A program made the position numbers and the translations under genes. The notes under the pieces are model-generated. The model worked only from the letters and a program-made list of their open reading frames with translations, ran no database searches and had not been told where the DNA came from. This document shows positions 13,190-25,500 of a stretch of DNA of 64,000 bases, piece after piece. The DNA is from Anthoceros angustus (taxonomy: Eukaryota > Plantae > Anthocerotophyta): NCBI GenBank assembly GCA_010909165.1, contig VJWM01000222.1, positions 236,952-300,951 on the forward strand. Direction: 5' to 3'. How positions within the stretch are numbered: the first letter of the stretch is position 1; the number at the start of each line of letters is the position of its first letter.

Positions 13190-13202
13190 CCCGGCAGCGC
13201 CA
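13190..13202 (-). promoter_or_regulatory. Primer binding site of family C, tRNA-Asp-like (degenerate)
   Basis: Minus strand reads ...ccaCA ttt TGGCGCTGCCGGG, which is the Athila-type TGGCGCCGTTGCCGGG minus 3 nt. It lies directly upstream of the family C gag region. Confidence 0.65.
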
Positions 13203-13205
13203 AAA

Positions 13206-14140
13206 TGTGGAATGGGTTTTGCATCCGAACGCAAAGAGGCCACATTTACCCTCTATGTCGTTATAGTCCTAGGATTCGATCCCAAGGGAATGGTTTTGTG
13301 TCAAGATGTTCTAAAACTATGGACTCTAGTCCTACCACAATCGATCACTACCCCTCCGTAACTACCATGCCCAAACTCACCACCGTGGAAGACTCGCCAC
13401 CACCTTGGAAGACTCGGCCACCACCGTGGAAGACTCGGCCACCACGTGGAAGGCTCTCAACCGTGTGGTTGGCTCAACCATGGCGGGCCCCACCACGCGC
13501 CCTCGTGTCGCGGGTGACTATTTGTCACCCGGCTTCTCCGGGCGCGGTCCTTGGGGTTATGGACATACACACACACCTACATGTACTCTTACTTCTCTTC
13601 CAGGATACTCATGATCGGATCTTCTCCGAGGGTTATGCACCACGACCTCGAATGCGGCGCCTCACTCCGCCGCTAGTTTCCCGCGACCCACCATTCACTT
13701 CCACTCTTCTCGATCATTTCCCGACTTCCCATACGCATACACAATCCCCTACAACAAGACACTCAACCGCCTCCGGGACCTTCCACTCCACAAATAAATC
13801 CTCTCCCTCTCTCCCACAGACCTCACCTCGGGCCACACTTCTCTCATGGAATGAAACAAACACGTGGCGCGGTTTGGGAAGGAGGGACAGAAGGAAAACA
13901 CGTCAAGATGGGCGATTCGCCTTTGGCGGCCTCACCCCAGCCTTCCATGGAAATTCCTACCTCACCCCCATGCGCTACCCCCACCTCCCGGACGTGGAGC
14001 TTGGCCACTCCCTCGGATCTTCCCGGCCTTCTTGTACGAGAAGACGTGCATCGAACCGCTTGATCGATCGACGCTCTAACCAACCTCGCGTAGATTCATC
14101 ACACGGAAGTTCACACCGAAATTGTCTCAAGAGAGACACA
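13206..14140 (-). repeat. Putative 5' LTR of family C (far end not defined)
   Basis: Ends in CA next to the PBS. No second copy exists in the window to confirm its length. Confidence 0.4.
13378..13457. repeat. Minisatellite, about 4 x 20-21 bp (caccaccgtggaagactcggc)
   Basis: Direct reading; units are adjacent with no spacers. Confidence 0.9.
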
Positions 14141-14147
14141 AAAGGGT

Positions 14148-15050
14148 CAGAGGTTGCCAGACCGCCCTGATATAGACATGGTACACAGGACGGCCGGGGC
14201 CCATGGGACATGGCCCCACTGGCCAGGGACGGGCCCCAGCCAATGGATGGCGGGCCCAAAGCCCGACCATGGGACATGGCGATCCACAATGGATGGGGCT
14301 GCAGGGGCCCCAGCCATGGGACATGGCGATCCGGCCCGGACACGGATTGGGCCGCCATGGGACATTGCGTCCACAGCCGGATGCCGGATCGCCGGGGCTG
14401 CAGCCCGTCACCACCAACGTCAAACACAAGGACTAAGGTACTAAAAGAATGTGAAGTTGATGTATGTTTGTTTTATAAACTACGCCTAGTTGGTCATTTT
14501 TAACCAAGAACATGTCCTTTATTTTGATTGGCCCATAGTCCAAGGATGCATTTCTTTTAAATACTAGTTCTAGAAAATAGATCCGTTATGAGCGGATAAG
14601 TAGGTCAAGAATAGCCTTAGCTATAGGTGTGAAAGGGCTAAGTATAGGCCCCAAATGCTGCGTGTGTTCAAGCGTGGGAGAGGAAGAACCAAGAGCGTGA
14701 GGCTGTAGCATTGCATCATGGCGCAAGAATCTGGAGGAACGCTAAGCGGGCGTGAGGATGATGACCAAGCGTGAGGATGAGGACCCGAGGCGAGATCCGA
14801 GGGTTTCGGTCAAAATCGGCGCTGGAGCGCTATTCTTTGTTGGGAACCAAAGCACTTTGTGAATCTGGCGCAATCCATGAATCAAATCGTGTAGATCTGC
14901 AGTTTTGCTCACCATGTGTCTCCGCTGCAGGCGTAAGGCGTGATTCTGGACTCAGCCAGCGCAAAGCTGGGCTGGCCAAGGAAGCTTCAAGAAAACCACG
15001 ATTCGCACCCATTGCGGGGCAAATCTCATTTCGGCGATCTTCCAGGGACG
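14148..15050 (+). repeat. Diverged copy of the LTR-like module (ATGGGACATGGC-rich part, AT-rich core, GC-rich part)
   Basis: Aligns by eye to about 35154-35900, including aacgtcaa.cacaag.actaaggtac and atagatccgttatga.cggataa. Confidence 0.55.
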
Positions 15051-15469
15051 TTCTCCAATCCGGGCGGCGATATTCTAGGCGCCTCCCCACCTAGGGCGGC
15101 GCCATTACGGGAGGGCCATTGGGCGATTCTGACATCAACGTCTTTTCCGAGGCCCAATCCACGGGGCATTGGTCACCTGGGATTTGAGCTAACACAGCGG
15201 GTCCTCCATGTACCTGATCACTCCCGATTCAGATCTTGCATCCGGCAGTCCTAGCTTAGGCGGGCTACAGCCTTGTGCAACGACTAGGGACAAAATCAGT
15301 GAGTTTCTTGTTCATTTTCAATTCCGAGCTTAGCATTCGGGATCTCTAGCTTGGGTGGGTTCTGACTTTGCCGGACAATGAGGCAGATCCTACCCACTTC
15401 CATCTCCATCAAGGATCGAGAGGTAGGCAAGGTGCGGGACAACAAAGAGGTGACAAGTTGTGACCATTG

Positions 15470-16000
15470 TCCAAGGTAAGTTTCCTTCCAAAGACATACG
15501 ATCCGGCCCCTGACCTAGGGTTTTGAGCGGTGTTCGTTTCTTCTAAAACCAGTGGTTGCTTTTGTTGGCGGGGTTTGAGAAGAAGGGTTGGGTGCCCAAG
15601 TGTTTATACTTTGTTCGCCATAGTTCATGGCGGCTTTCATGGCATCAACCGTGGTGTTGGGGTTGGTCCGTTGACATCTGTTCGAATCAAGGCCATCAAT
15701 GAACTTCTCCACTTTTTGTTCTTCATCGAGGCGGGAAGATCCAGAGTGAGTCAGAAGAACTTGTCGCAGATTCTCGCATGAAGGTACACTTGCTCCTCTT
15801 GGCCAGCTTGATGCTTCAAGAAGAGTGAATACCTTCCCGACGAGTTCGATGTGGGTGGCTTGGTCCGCAGAGTGGATCAAGATATCATCTAGGAAGACCT
15901 CGACCCCTTGCCTAGCAAAGGTCAAGAATGTCTTGCGAGGATCCATGCGATGAAGTCCCTCCGTGAGGGCACGTGAACCATGGTCGAGTCGCATGTGCAT
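15470..16000 (-). mobile_element. Second patchwork of family B protease, gag and RT fragments
   Basis: ORF 15515..16021 fuses RT (VFLDDILIH) to gag (EKFIDGLDSN...AMKAAMNYG) at the same junction seen near 4870. Confidence 0.8.
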
Positions 16001-16002
16001 TT

Positions 16003-16745
16003 TTTCCTTTTGGGTTGGCAAAGATATTCTTTATTTTGGGTTGGGTTGTAGCTTAAGGCTCAATCGCTCTTGAATTTTGTGAGGTTTTTGATTGCTAGAA
16101 ATGGAGTTATTCTTTTTTTGGGGTCATCTTTGTTATTTTTATTTTTGGGTTGGGTTGTAGCTTAAGGCTCAATCGCTCTTGAGGAGTTTTGAGGGTTTTG
16201 ATTGCTAGAAATGGAGTTATCTTTGTTATTTTTATTTTTGGGTTGGGTTGTAGCTTAAGGCTCAATCGCTCTTGATTTTGTGAGGGTTTTGATTGCTAGA
16301 AATGGATGTTATTTTTATTTTTGGGTTGGGTTGTAGCTTAAGGCTCAATCGCTCTTGAGTTTGTGAGGTTTTTGATTGCTAGAAATGGAGGTTATTCTTT
16401 TTTTTTTTTTTGGAGTGTTATTTGTGGGTTATTCTTTTTTGGAGGTCATCTTTGTTATTTGTTATTTTTGGTTGGGTTGTAGCTTAAGGCGCTCTTGATT
16501 TGTGAGGTTTCTTGATTGGGTTGTAGCTTAGGCTCAATCTCTTTAGATTTGTGAGGTTTTTGATTTGAAATGGAGTTATCTGTTGATTTTTAGGTTGGGT
16601 TTCTTTGTTATTTTTATTTTGGGTTGGGTTGTAGCTTGCTCAATCTCTCTTGAGAATTTTGTGAGGTTTTGATTGCTTTTGTTTCTAGCTTCTTTTTGGG
16701 AGGTCATTTTGTTTCTTTGTTTTCCTTTTGGGTTGGATTGTAGTA
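16003..16745 (-). repeat. AT-rich satellite of about 90-96 bp (inverted copy)
   Basis: Reverse complement of about 22690-23445. Confidence 0.9.
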
Positions 16746-16965
16746 GGTTCTAGTCTCCTTGTGGATTTACCTCGAGTCTTGGTCACGTTTGCCTATGTAC
16801 AGCCAAGCAGAAGTTAGATGACAAGTCGACCATTAATTTTCTAGACTACTCTTCATGGATTGTATGAAGGTTCTAGTCTCTTTGTGAACCAGTCTTTACC
16901 GAGACTGAGCAATCTCCGAGTGACAAGTTGTGACCATTTTTTTCTAAAGCCATTACTGTTAATTA

Positions 16966-17229
16966 TGTAGCGTTAGGAGCGTAGCATTAAGTGGAATTAA
17001 TCCTAATTAGCGGATAGATGGAATATTAATCCTAATTAGCGGATAGGTAGAAATAGGGTAAATAGTGGTTACATGAACAAGAAGCGTGCTCAATTCTGTT
17101 GGAGCGGAAAGTTCTCACTGGCTATGTCCATAAGACCAAAGGCTGTGACCTTCGTGAGCTCCTTCTAGCGAAACCAAGACTATGTCACGGAAGATGCGGG
17201 CATAGAACTTGATCTTTGGGAGCGTTACA
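16966..17229 (+). repeat. LTR of family B (264 bp)
   Basis: Starts TGTAGCG and ends CGTTACA. Followed by tt plus a PBS and then gag. Confidence 0.7.
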
Positions 17230-17231
17230 TT

Positions 17232-17242
17232 TGGTATCGAGC
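17232..17242 (+). promoter_or_regulatory. Primer binding site, tRNA-iMet-like variant TGGTATCGAGC
   Basis: Lies 2 nt after the LTR-terminal CA. The canonical plant PBS-Met is TGGTATCAGAGC. Confidence 0.75.
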
Positions 17243-19597
17243 AAAGAATCATGCACTGCGGCAAGCGTGAGAGTCCTGGCATTGGGTCAATCGGTGGAGA
17301 AGGAGGCGACAATTCAGCTCCCAGATGATTCGGACGGAAGAGGTGAATTGAGGCTCGCGAGGTGGTTCGGACACTGGGCATACCTTGAGTTCTCACATCT
17401 CGATCGAATCTTCGGGAGCTCTTTGTTGAGACCATCCAGACCCACATCACAGGAGTTTGACCCGTGGTACGACATGGGAGGGGCGCACGGAAATGGGCGG
17501 GGGCTCACCGGCAGCGATGACCCGGGATGGAAGCATTGGCGAAAAGTGCAGTCGGAGGTGGAGACCTCCTGGTCAATCGGGGGAGTGGCCATCCGGTGAT
17601 TGGTGGCCCTCCCGATCCTGGAAGAAGCGGGCGACCGGCGGCGGAAAGACTTGAGTGGACCGTTCGAATCGAGCGAGAAGAAGGAGACGACAGCGGTTGG
17701 CCAAGATCGAAATCGCGGTGATCGGCACCAGGCGAGCGGCCCGGCCTCGTGCAGGCCCGTTCCCCACACCGGCCCACAGATGAGGCGGAGTGAATGGCCA
17801 TGCCCAATGACAGGTCGAGAACCGCGAGGACATGGAGGATCTCGCCTCGAAATTTTCTTGGGCGACACTTGAGCAAGGTTGCCCAAACGGTGTGGTGTGG
17901 AGAATAACTGCGGGAGCTCGGCACGTTGTGTCGAAACAATCGAAACAAGTTGGAGGGACAAGCATGCAGCGTCTGCAATTGTTGGAGCACCCCGTCGTTC
18001 CGACACACCTAGGGACCTGGTCGGAAGGCGGTGAACCCACCACAATCCTCACCACGGGTATGCGACAGAAAACGGGCCTCGGCACCCACTCGGCTGGATG
18101 GCGAGATGAGGAAGGGTCGAGGTCACATTAGAGTCGGCAGGCGAGCTCGTGAGGGAGTCCCCAGAGGTTGGTGGTCGAGGTTGTTGCGGCGAAAAACAAG
18201 GACATCAAGGCCTGGGCCTCCGCTCATGAGTGAGGTGGGGAAGCCAAGGCCAAGGAAAGTCAGTTGTTGGAGGCAGGCTGACCCTTCAAACCCGCCACTA
18301 CTTGACAAGGGTTGCGGCGGAAGATAAAACCACGACTTTTGGGGGCCAAAGCTCAAGCGTCTGATGGTGGACAAGATGAAATACCTGGCGGCGAGAAGGA
18401 TGATCTCAAGCATACGGTTTTGCGTCATGTCGCTCGAGGTTATCGTATCGTTGGTGGAAACCAGGCAACGTCGATGGGTATAGGCGCCATACATAGCGGT
18501 GTTGAGCAAGTGTTCTTAGAGCATTTCCTCCCCATCCTGCAGAGACACTATCGGTTTGAAATCTATCGGCGAGGATGCATGCGAATCTGCGACAAGTTCT
18601 TCTGACTCACTCACGGATCTTCCCGCCTCGATGAAGAACAAAAGTGGAGAAGTTCATTGATGGCCTTGATTTGAACAGATGTCAGCGGACCACCAACACC
18701 ACGGTTGATGCCATGGCCGCCATGAACTATGGCGAACAAATATAAACACTTGGGCACCTCCAGCCTTCAAATCGAAATGGAAGTAGCTTGAGAATCCGAC
18801 TTTAAAATCCTCGAAGAAGAAGAAAGAATAGAGAAAAAGGAAATTGCTTGCGACTCATATGGTTGTTTGCCCTCAGGAGGGACTTCATCGCATGGTGAAA
18901 GGCAGAATTCCACACCAACCCTTCTCGAACAAAACCCCTCGGTGGTTTTAGAAGAGTACAGGAAGCGAACTAGGTTGCAATGGGTCACGTTTTGAATGCA
19001 TGTAGACCCATGTCCGATCAAGCTAAAGGTTCACATAGCGGGACATGTTGCCTGACTCTCTAGACTGGTGCTAGCCACCACTACATCTCAGTCCGCAGCA
19101 CGAGCGGGGCACACATCACTCGGCAGACTTCTATCGTCACGGCGGGGAAAGGATGTGAGGGACGGCGTTGGAATGAGCGACTCTTACCCACTGAGGTTTC
19201 GTAGAAGTCTTTGAAATGCATAGTCATGCCAAGCTTGGCACATGGCGTGATTATTAGAAGCAGTGGCTGGCCATTCTCAACCATAGGTGGAAGAACTTAG
19301 TAACCCTAGGGGGACGGATCGTATGTCTTTGGAAGGGAAACTTACCTTCGGACAAGCACCTTTTTATATCGATCCGCCAAATCCAGCTTTACATGCATGG
19401 TGAGGTAGTTCCTCTGGAGGCACCAGTCGCGGGCACCGAAGCAATCGGAGAACTCTTACAAGGTTTAAGGCTCTGTGGCGGAATTTGATGGAGTTGTTGC
19501 GGATCCACCGCCCCTACCACCAAGGCCAGATGATCACATCGAGCTAGTGCAGGCATGCTAAATCGATACCGCGTCGGTAATGGAAAATGAGGAGATC
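17243..19597 (+). mobile_element. Family B leader, gag and protease (left arm of fold-back)
   Basis: Retrotransposon gag-like segment (ORF 18312..18605, ending VEQVFLEHFL) followed by LDEEQK..KFIDGL and a protease-like region. Confidence 0.75.
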
Positions 19598-19712
19598 AAG
19601 CCTCGTAGTCGATGCAGAGTCTCCACCACCGTGCTCGCCACCAACAACACGGCGCTCCATAAGGTGAGGTGCTTGGCCTCACAAACCCTTTGTCCAGAAT
19701 TCATCTACCTTT

Positions 19713-22157
19713 TGATCTCCTCATTTTCCATTACCGACGGCGTATGGTTGTTGATTTACGCCGATGCCGGTGCACTAGCTCGGCCGTGATCGGGTCTGCC
19801 TTGGTGGTAGGGCGGTGGGATCGCAAATAACCCATCACCGCCAGAGCCTTAAACTCTTCTGTAAGAGTTCCTCCGATTGCTTCGTGCTGCCCGCGATTTC
19901 CAGTGCCTCCAGAGGAACTACCCGCTCACCATGGCATGTAAAGCTTCCTTGGTGGATTTATGCAAGGCCGATACAAAAAGGTGCTTGTCCAAGGTAAGTT
20001 TCTTCCTGCAGACATCGATCCGTCTGACCCCTAGGGTTACTAAGTTCTTTTCCGCCTATGAAGTTGGTGAGAATGGGCGCCACTGCTTCCCCACAATCAC
20101 GCCATGTGCCAAGCTTGGCATGACTATGCATTTCAAAGACTTCTACGAAACCTCGTGGAAGGTAAGAGTCGCTCGCCCACCGCCGTCCTCACATCCTTGC
20201 TTCCAGCCGTGACGATGTAGAAGTCGACCCAGTGTTGGATGTGGTGCCCGCCCCTCGGACTCGAGATGGTGGTGGCTAGCACCGAGTCTAGGAGAGTCAG
20301 GCAACATGTCCCGCTATGTGAACCTTTAGCTTGACGACATGGGTCTTGCTACATGCATTCAAACGCAAAGACCCATTGCAAGACCTAGGGTTTTGAGCGT
20401 GTTCGCTTCCTAGATTTCTAAAACCACCGAGTGGTTGCTTTTGTTAGCGGGGTTTGAGAAGAAGGGTTGGGGTGGAATTCCCCTCCTTCACCATGCGATG
20501 AAGTCCCTCCTGAGGGCAAACAAGGAACCATGGTCGAGTCGCATGTAAAGCACCTTTTTCTCCAGATTCTTCTTCTTCTTCGAGGATTTTAAAGTCGGGT
20601 TTCGGTCCATCACAGACTTCCCCATTTCCGGAAGGGTTGGAGGTGCCCAAGTGTTTATACTTTGTCGCCATAGTTCATGGCGGCTTTCATGGCATCAACC
20701 GTGGTGTTGGGGTTGGTCTGTTGACATCGTTCAATCAAGGCCATCAATGAACTTCTCCACTTTTGTTCTTCATCGAGGGAAGATCCAGGTGAGTCAGAAG
20801 AACTTGTCGCAGATTCTCGCAGATCCTCACGATAGATTTTAAAACCACATACAGTCTCTGACGGTGTGAGGAAATGCTCTAAGAACACTTGCTCAACACC
20901 GCTATGTATGGCGCCTATACCCATCGACGTTGCCTGGTTTCCACCAACGATACGATAACCTCGAGCGACATGACGCAAAACCGTATGCTTGAGATCATCC
21001 TTCTCGCCGCCAGGTATTTCATCTTGTCCACCATCAGACGCTTGAGCTTTGGCCCCCAAAAGTCGTGGTTTTATCTTCCGCCGCAACCCTTGTCAAGTAG
21101 TGGCGGGTTTGAAGGGTCAGCCTGCCTCCAACAACTGACTTTCCTTGGCCTTGGCTTCCCCACCTCACTCATGAGCGGAGGCCCAGGCCTTGATGTCCTT
21201 GTTTTTCGCCGCAACAACCTCGACCACCAACCTCTGGGGACTCCCTCACGAGCTCGCCTGCCGACTCTAATGTGACCTCGACCCTTCCTCATCTCTTCGC
21301 CATCCAGCCGAGTGGGTGCCGAGGCCCGTTTTCTGTCGCATACCCGTGGTGAGGATTGTGGTGGGTTCACCGCCTTCCGACCAGGTCCCTAGGTGTGTCG
21401 GAACGACGGGGTGCTCCAACAATTGCAGACGCTGCATGCTTGTCCCTCCAACTTGTTTCGATTGTTTCGACACAACGTGCCGAGCTCCGCAGTTATTCTC
21501 CACACCACACCGTTTGGGCAACCTTGCTCAAGTGTCGCCCAAGAAAATTTCGAGGCGAGATCCTCCATGTCCTCGCGGTTCTCGACCTGTCATTGGGCAT
21601 GGCCATTCACTCCGCCTCATCTGTGGGCCGGTGTGGGGAACGGGCCTGCACGAGGCCGGGCCGCTCGCCTGGTGCCGATCACCGCGATTTCGATCTTGGC
21701 CAACCGCTGTCGTCTCCTTCTTCTCGCTCGATTCGAACGGTCCACTCAAGTCTTTCCGCCGCCGGTCGCCCGCTTCTTCCAGGATCGGGAGGGCCACCAA
21801 TCACCGGATGGCCACTCCCCCGATTGACCAGGAGGTCTCCACCTCCGACTGCACTTTTCGCCAATGCTTCCATCCCGGGTCATCGCTGCCGGTGAGCCCC
21901 CGCCCATTTCCGTGCGCCCCTCCCATGTCGTACCACGGGTCAAACTCCTGTGATGTGGGTCTGGATGGTCTCAACAAAGAGCTCCCGAAGATTCGATCGA
22001 GATGTGAGAACTCAAGGTATGCCCAGTGTCCGAACCACCTCGCGAGCCTCAATTCACCTCTTCCGTCCGAATCATCTGGGAGCTGAATTGTCGCCTCCTT
22101 CTCCACCGATTGACCCAATGCCAGGACTCTCACGCTTGCCGCAGTGCATGATTCTTT
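19713..22157 (-). mobile_element. Family B leader, gag and protease (right arm of fold-back)
   Basis: ORFs mirror the left arm (17115..17450 vs 21950..22285; 18123..18509 vs 20889..21275). Confidence 0.85.
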
Positions 22158-22168
22158 GCTCGATACCA
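22158..22168 (-). promoter_or_regulatory. PBS TGGTATCGAGC (family B)
   Basis: Plus strand gctcgatacca, adjacent to the LTR terminus. Confidence 0.75.
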
Positions 22169-22170
22169 AA

Positions 22171-22434
22171 TGTAACGCTCCCAAAGATCAAGTTCTATGC
22201 CCGCATCTTCCGTGACATAGTCTTGGTTTCGCTAGAAGGAGCTCACGAAGGTCACAGCCTTTGGTCTTATGGACATAGCCAGTGAGAACTTTCCGCTCCA
22301 ACAGAATTGAGCACGCTTCTTGTTCATGTAACCACTATTTACCCTATTTCTACCTATCCGCTAATTAGGATTAATATTCCATCTATCCGCTAATTAGGAT
22401 TAATTCTACTTAATGCCTCGTTCCTAACGTTACA
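22171..22434 (-). repeat. LTR of family B (264 bp, 7-bp terminal inverted repeat TGTAACG/CGTTACA)
   Basis: Termini read directly. Contains about two copies of a 30-bp unit (about 22351-22405). Confidence 0.75.
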
Positions 22435-22689
22435 TAATTAACCAAGTTTCTTATACCGCTGGCGTTTCTATGAAGCATGGGCATCGTCACACTAATCGGC
22501 CAGGGCGTCCTAGCTCCTCTTGTAGCATGTCCACAGCCGGTGTCGGCGTGTTCCTCTGTCTAAGGAGACTAGAACCTTGCTACAATCCATGAAGAGTAGT
22601 CTAGAAAAATTAATGGTCGACTTGTCATCTAACTTCTGCTTGGCTGTACATAGGCAAACGTGACCAAGACTCGAGGTAAAATCCACAAG

Positions 22690-23640
22690 GAGACTAGAAC
22701 CTACTACAATCCAACCCAAAAGGAAAACAAAGAAACAAAAATGACCTCCCAAAAAGAAGCTAGAAACAAAGCAATCAAAAACCTCACAAAATTCTCAAGA
22801 GAGATTGAGCAAGCTACAACCCAACCCAAAAATAAAAATAACAAAGAAACCCAACCTAAAAATCAACAGATAACTCCATTTCAAATCAAAAACCTCACAA
22901 ATCTAAAGAGATTGAGCCTAAGCTACAACCCAATCAAGAAACCTCACAAATCAAGAGCGCCTTAAGCTACAACCCAACCAAAAATAACAAATAACAAAGA
23001 TGACCTCCAAAAAAGAATAACCCACAAATAACACTCCAAAAAAAAAAAAAAGAATAACCTCCATTTCTAGCAATCAAAAACCTCACAAAACTCAAGAGCG
23101 ATTGAGCCTTAAGCTACAACCCAACCCAAAAATAAAAATAACATCCATTTCTAGCAATCAAAACCTCACAAAATCAAGAGCGATTGAGCCTTAAGCTACA
23201 ACCCAACCCAAAAATAAAAATAACAAAGATAACTCCATTTCTAGCAATCAAAACCCTCAAAACTCCTCAAGAGCGATTGAGCCTTAAGCTACAACCCAAC
23301 CCAAAAATAAAAATAACAAAGATGACCCCAAAAAAAGAATAACTCCATTTCTAGCAATCAAAAACCTCACAAAATTCAAGAGCGATTGAGCCTTAAGCTA
23401 CAACCCAACCCAAAAATAAAGAATATCTTTGCCAACCCAAAAATAAAAATAACAAAGATGACCCCAAAAAAAGAATAACCCATTTCTAGCAATCAAAAAC
23501 CTCACAAAATTAATAGGATTGAGCCTACAACCCAATTTAAAAAATAACCATTTCTAGCAATCAAAAACCTCACAAAAATAGCGATTGAGCCTTAAGCTAC
23601 AACCCAACCCAAAAATAAAAATAACAAAGATAATCTACAA
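22690..23640 (+). repeat. AT-rich satellite of about 90-96 bp (caacccaacccaaaaataaaaataacaaagat...gagccttaagcta)
   Basis: About 9-10 degenerate units. Confidence 0.9.
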
Positions 23641-25500
23641 AAAAAAGCTAGAAACAAAACAACCATAAAGCCCTCACAAAATTGGAATCTAGCAGTAAAT
23701 GTTCCCAAATCCATAGGAAAGTTTCCACTAACCACAGCTTAAAGCTCAAGTATGACGACGAACCCAAAAATAAAGAATAACAAAGATAACCTCCAAAAAG
23801 AGAAGCTAGACATAAAACAACCATAAAGCCCTCACAAAATTGGAATCTAGCAGTAATTGTCCCCAAATCCATAGTCCACTCCAAATTAACTGCTAAAAAG
23901 CTCATCCACGAATTCATAGTCCGAATCCAGGGTGTAAATTGTCCCCAAATCCATAGTCCGACTCCAAATTAACTGCTTTAAAGCTCATGAATTTAATTCA
24001 TAGTCCGCAAGGGAGGGTGTCAGCACCGTGGTCAAAAGTCACAGATCCCCTGGATATCTTCAAATACAAATCTTGGTCCAAGCCGGCTTTTTCAAGTCCT
24101 TCGAGGTCGAGTGTCCTTCCGAGGGGGTCCAAGGATCCGTGAACTTTTTGCACCATGGTACTTTGGTGGCGCCTGCCTCAAGCTTCGCCTATGAATTGCC
24201 ATCCGCATGAGCTTTATTAAAAGCTTCAATGCGTGTCGAGAGCCTTCCTTATGCCCCGCGAGAGTGCCTTGTACTCACCTTAGTAGATGAGACTGAGGCT
24301 TTGGCTCAAGAATGCGATTTCTAGAGTACCTTAGTAGATGAGACCTGAGGCAAGAATGCGATTTCTAGAGTACCTTAGTAGATGAGACTGCTTGAGGCTT
24401 TGGCTCAAGAATGCGATTTCCGATAGGTTGTTTCAACAATAAACCAAATCCACTCTTCTTGTTGGATGCCCCTGAGCACCATAGCTCCTACGACGGGTCA
24501 TTCTAGGGATTCACTGGATTTCATAGTGTAGCTTCATCCTTTGAGAGTACGACACATCTTTCCGAGCAAGCTTTCCCATAAAACCATGGAGATCCCCACA
24601 TATATAGTGCCCAAGTCGATCGTGGTCCTCAAACGCCAACCTCCCCACCACCCTCAAGCACGACCACTCACTTTGCCTGCTAGATAACCATAGAGCTTCC
24701 TCCATAAGGATAGGCCTCAACCAAAGTTGGGGCCCCTAGAACGCCAACCTCGCACCCCTCGTGCCCCACCACCCCAAAGAACTTTACTCCACTTTCATTT
24801 TGGCCGCCAACCTCGCACTCATGGGTATCTATTTTCTTTTGGGAGGTTATTTTGTTATTATTTTTCCTTTTCTGATTGTAGTCAAGTCTTAGACTCAAGC
24901 AAAGATTCAAGTGTTTGCTTGGTTTAAAACAAAATTGATTGGAGTCTTAGACTCAAGCAAAGATTCAAGTGTCCGCTTAGTTTAAAACCTAATTGATTGG
25001 AGTCTTAGACTCAAGCGCATTCAAGTGTCTCGCTTAGTTTAAAACAGAATTGAAAATTGATTGAGTCTTAGACTCAAGCAAGATTCAAGTGTCTCGCTTA
25101 GTTTAAAACCTAATTGATTGGAGTCTTAGACTCCGCATTCAAGTGTCTCGCTTAGTTTAAAAATGTAATTGATTGCTCACGCTAGCAAATGAAAGCTTTT
25201 GGTTTATGGAAACCTTCTAAAGTTAAGGCAGGATGGTGGCAGTGCGAGGTGTATTTAGAGGCAAAAGAAAGCTCGCCTGGTGGTGGGGGCACCAGGTGGT
25301 TGTGATGACGCAAAAGAAAGCTCGCAGGGGTGGTGGGCACCGGGGTGCGAGGCTCGCAGATTTAGAGGCAAAAGAAAGTCACTGAGTGGGGCACGGGCAA
25401 GGTGCAGGAAGGCAAAAGAAAGCTCATTGGGTGGTGGTGCGAGGTTACGGTATTTAGATCTTTCTTTGGGTTTATAGAAACCCTTTAAAGTTTACACCGG
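23640..25500 (+). repeat. Series of distinct short tandem repeats (about 160, 85, 50, 55 and 50 bp units)
   Basis: For example ctagagtaccttagtagatgagact x3 (about 24280-24420), gattggagtcttagactcaagc..ttcaagtgtc x5 (about 24890-25170), gcaaaagaaagctc x4 (about 25260-25430). Confidence 0.8.

Noticed and set aside
13378-13457. CRISPR-like short repeats
   Set aside because: Units are adjacent with no unique spacers; this is a minisatellite.
13160-14170. 336-aa ORF as a real gene
   Set aside because: It is a low-complexity Pro/Thr/Ser/Arg translation running antisense through a putative LTR, with no recognisable domain.
21316-22086. 256-aa and overlapping ORFs as genes
   Set aside because: They are antisense, GC-rich shadow frames of the family B leader and gag.
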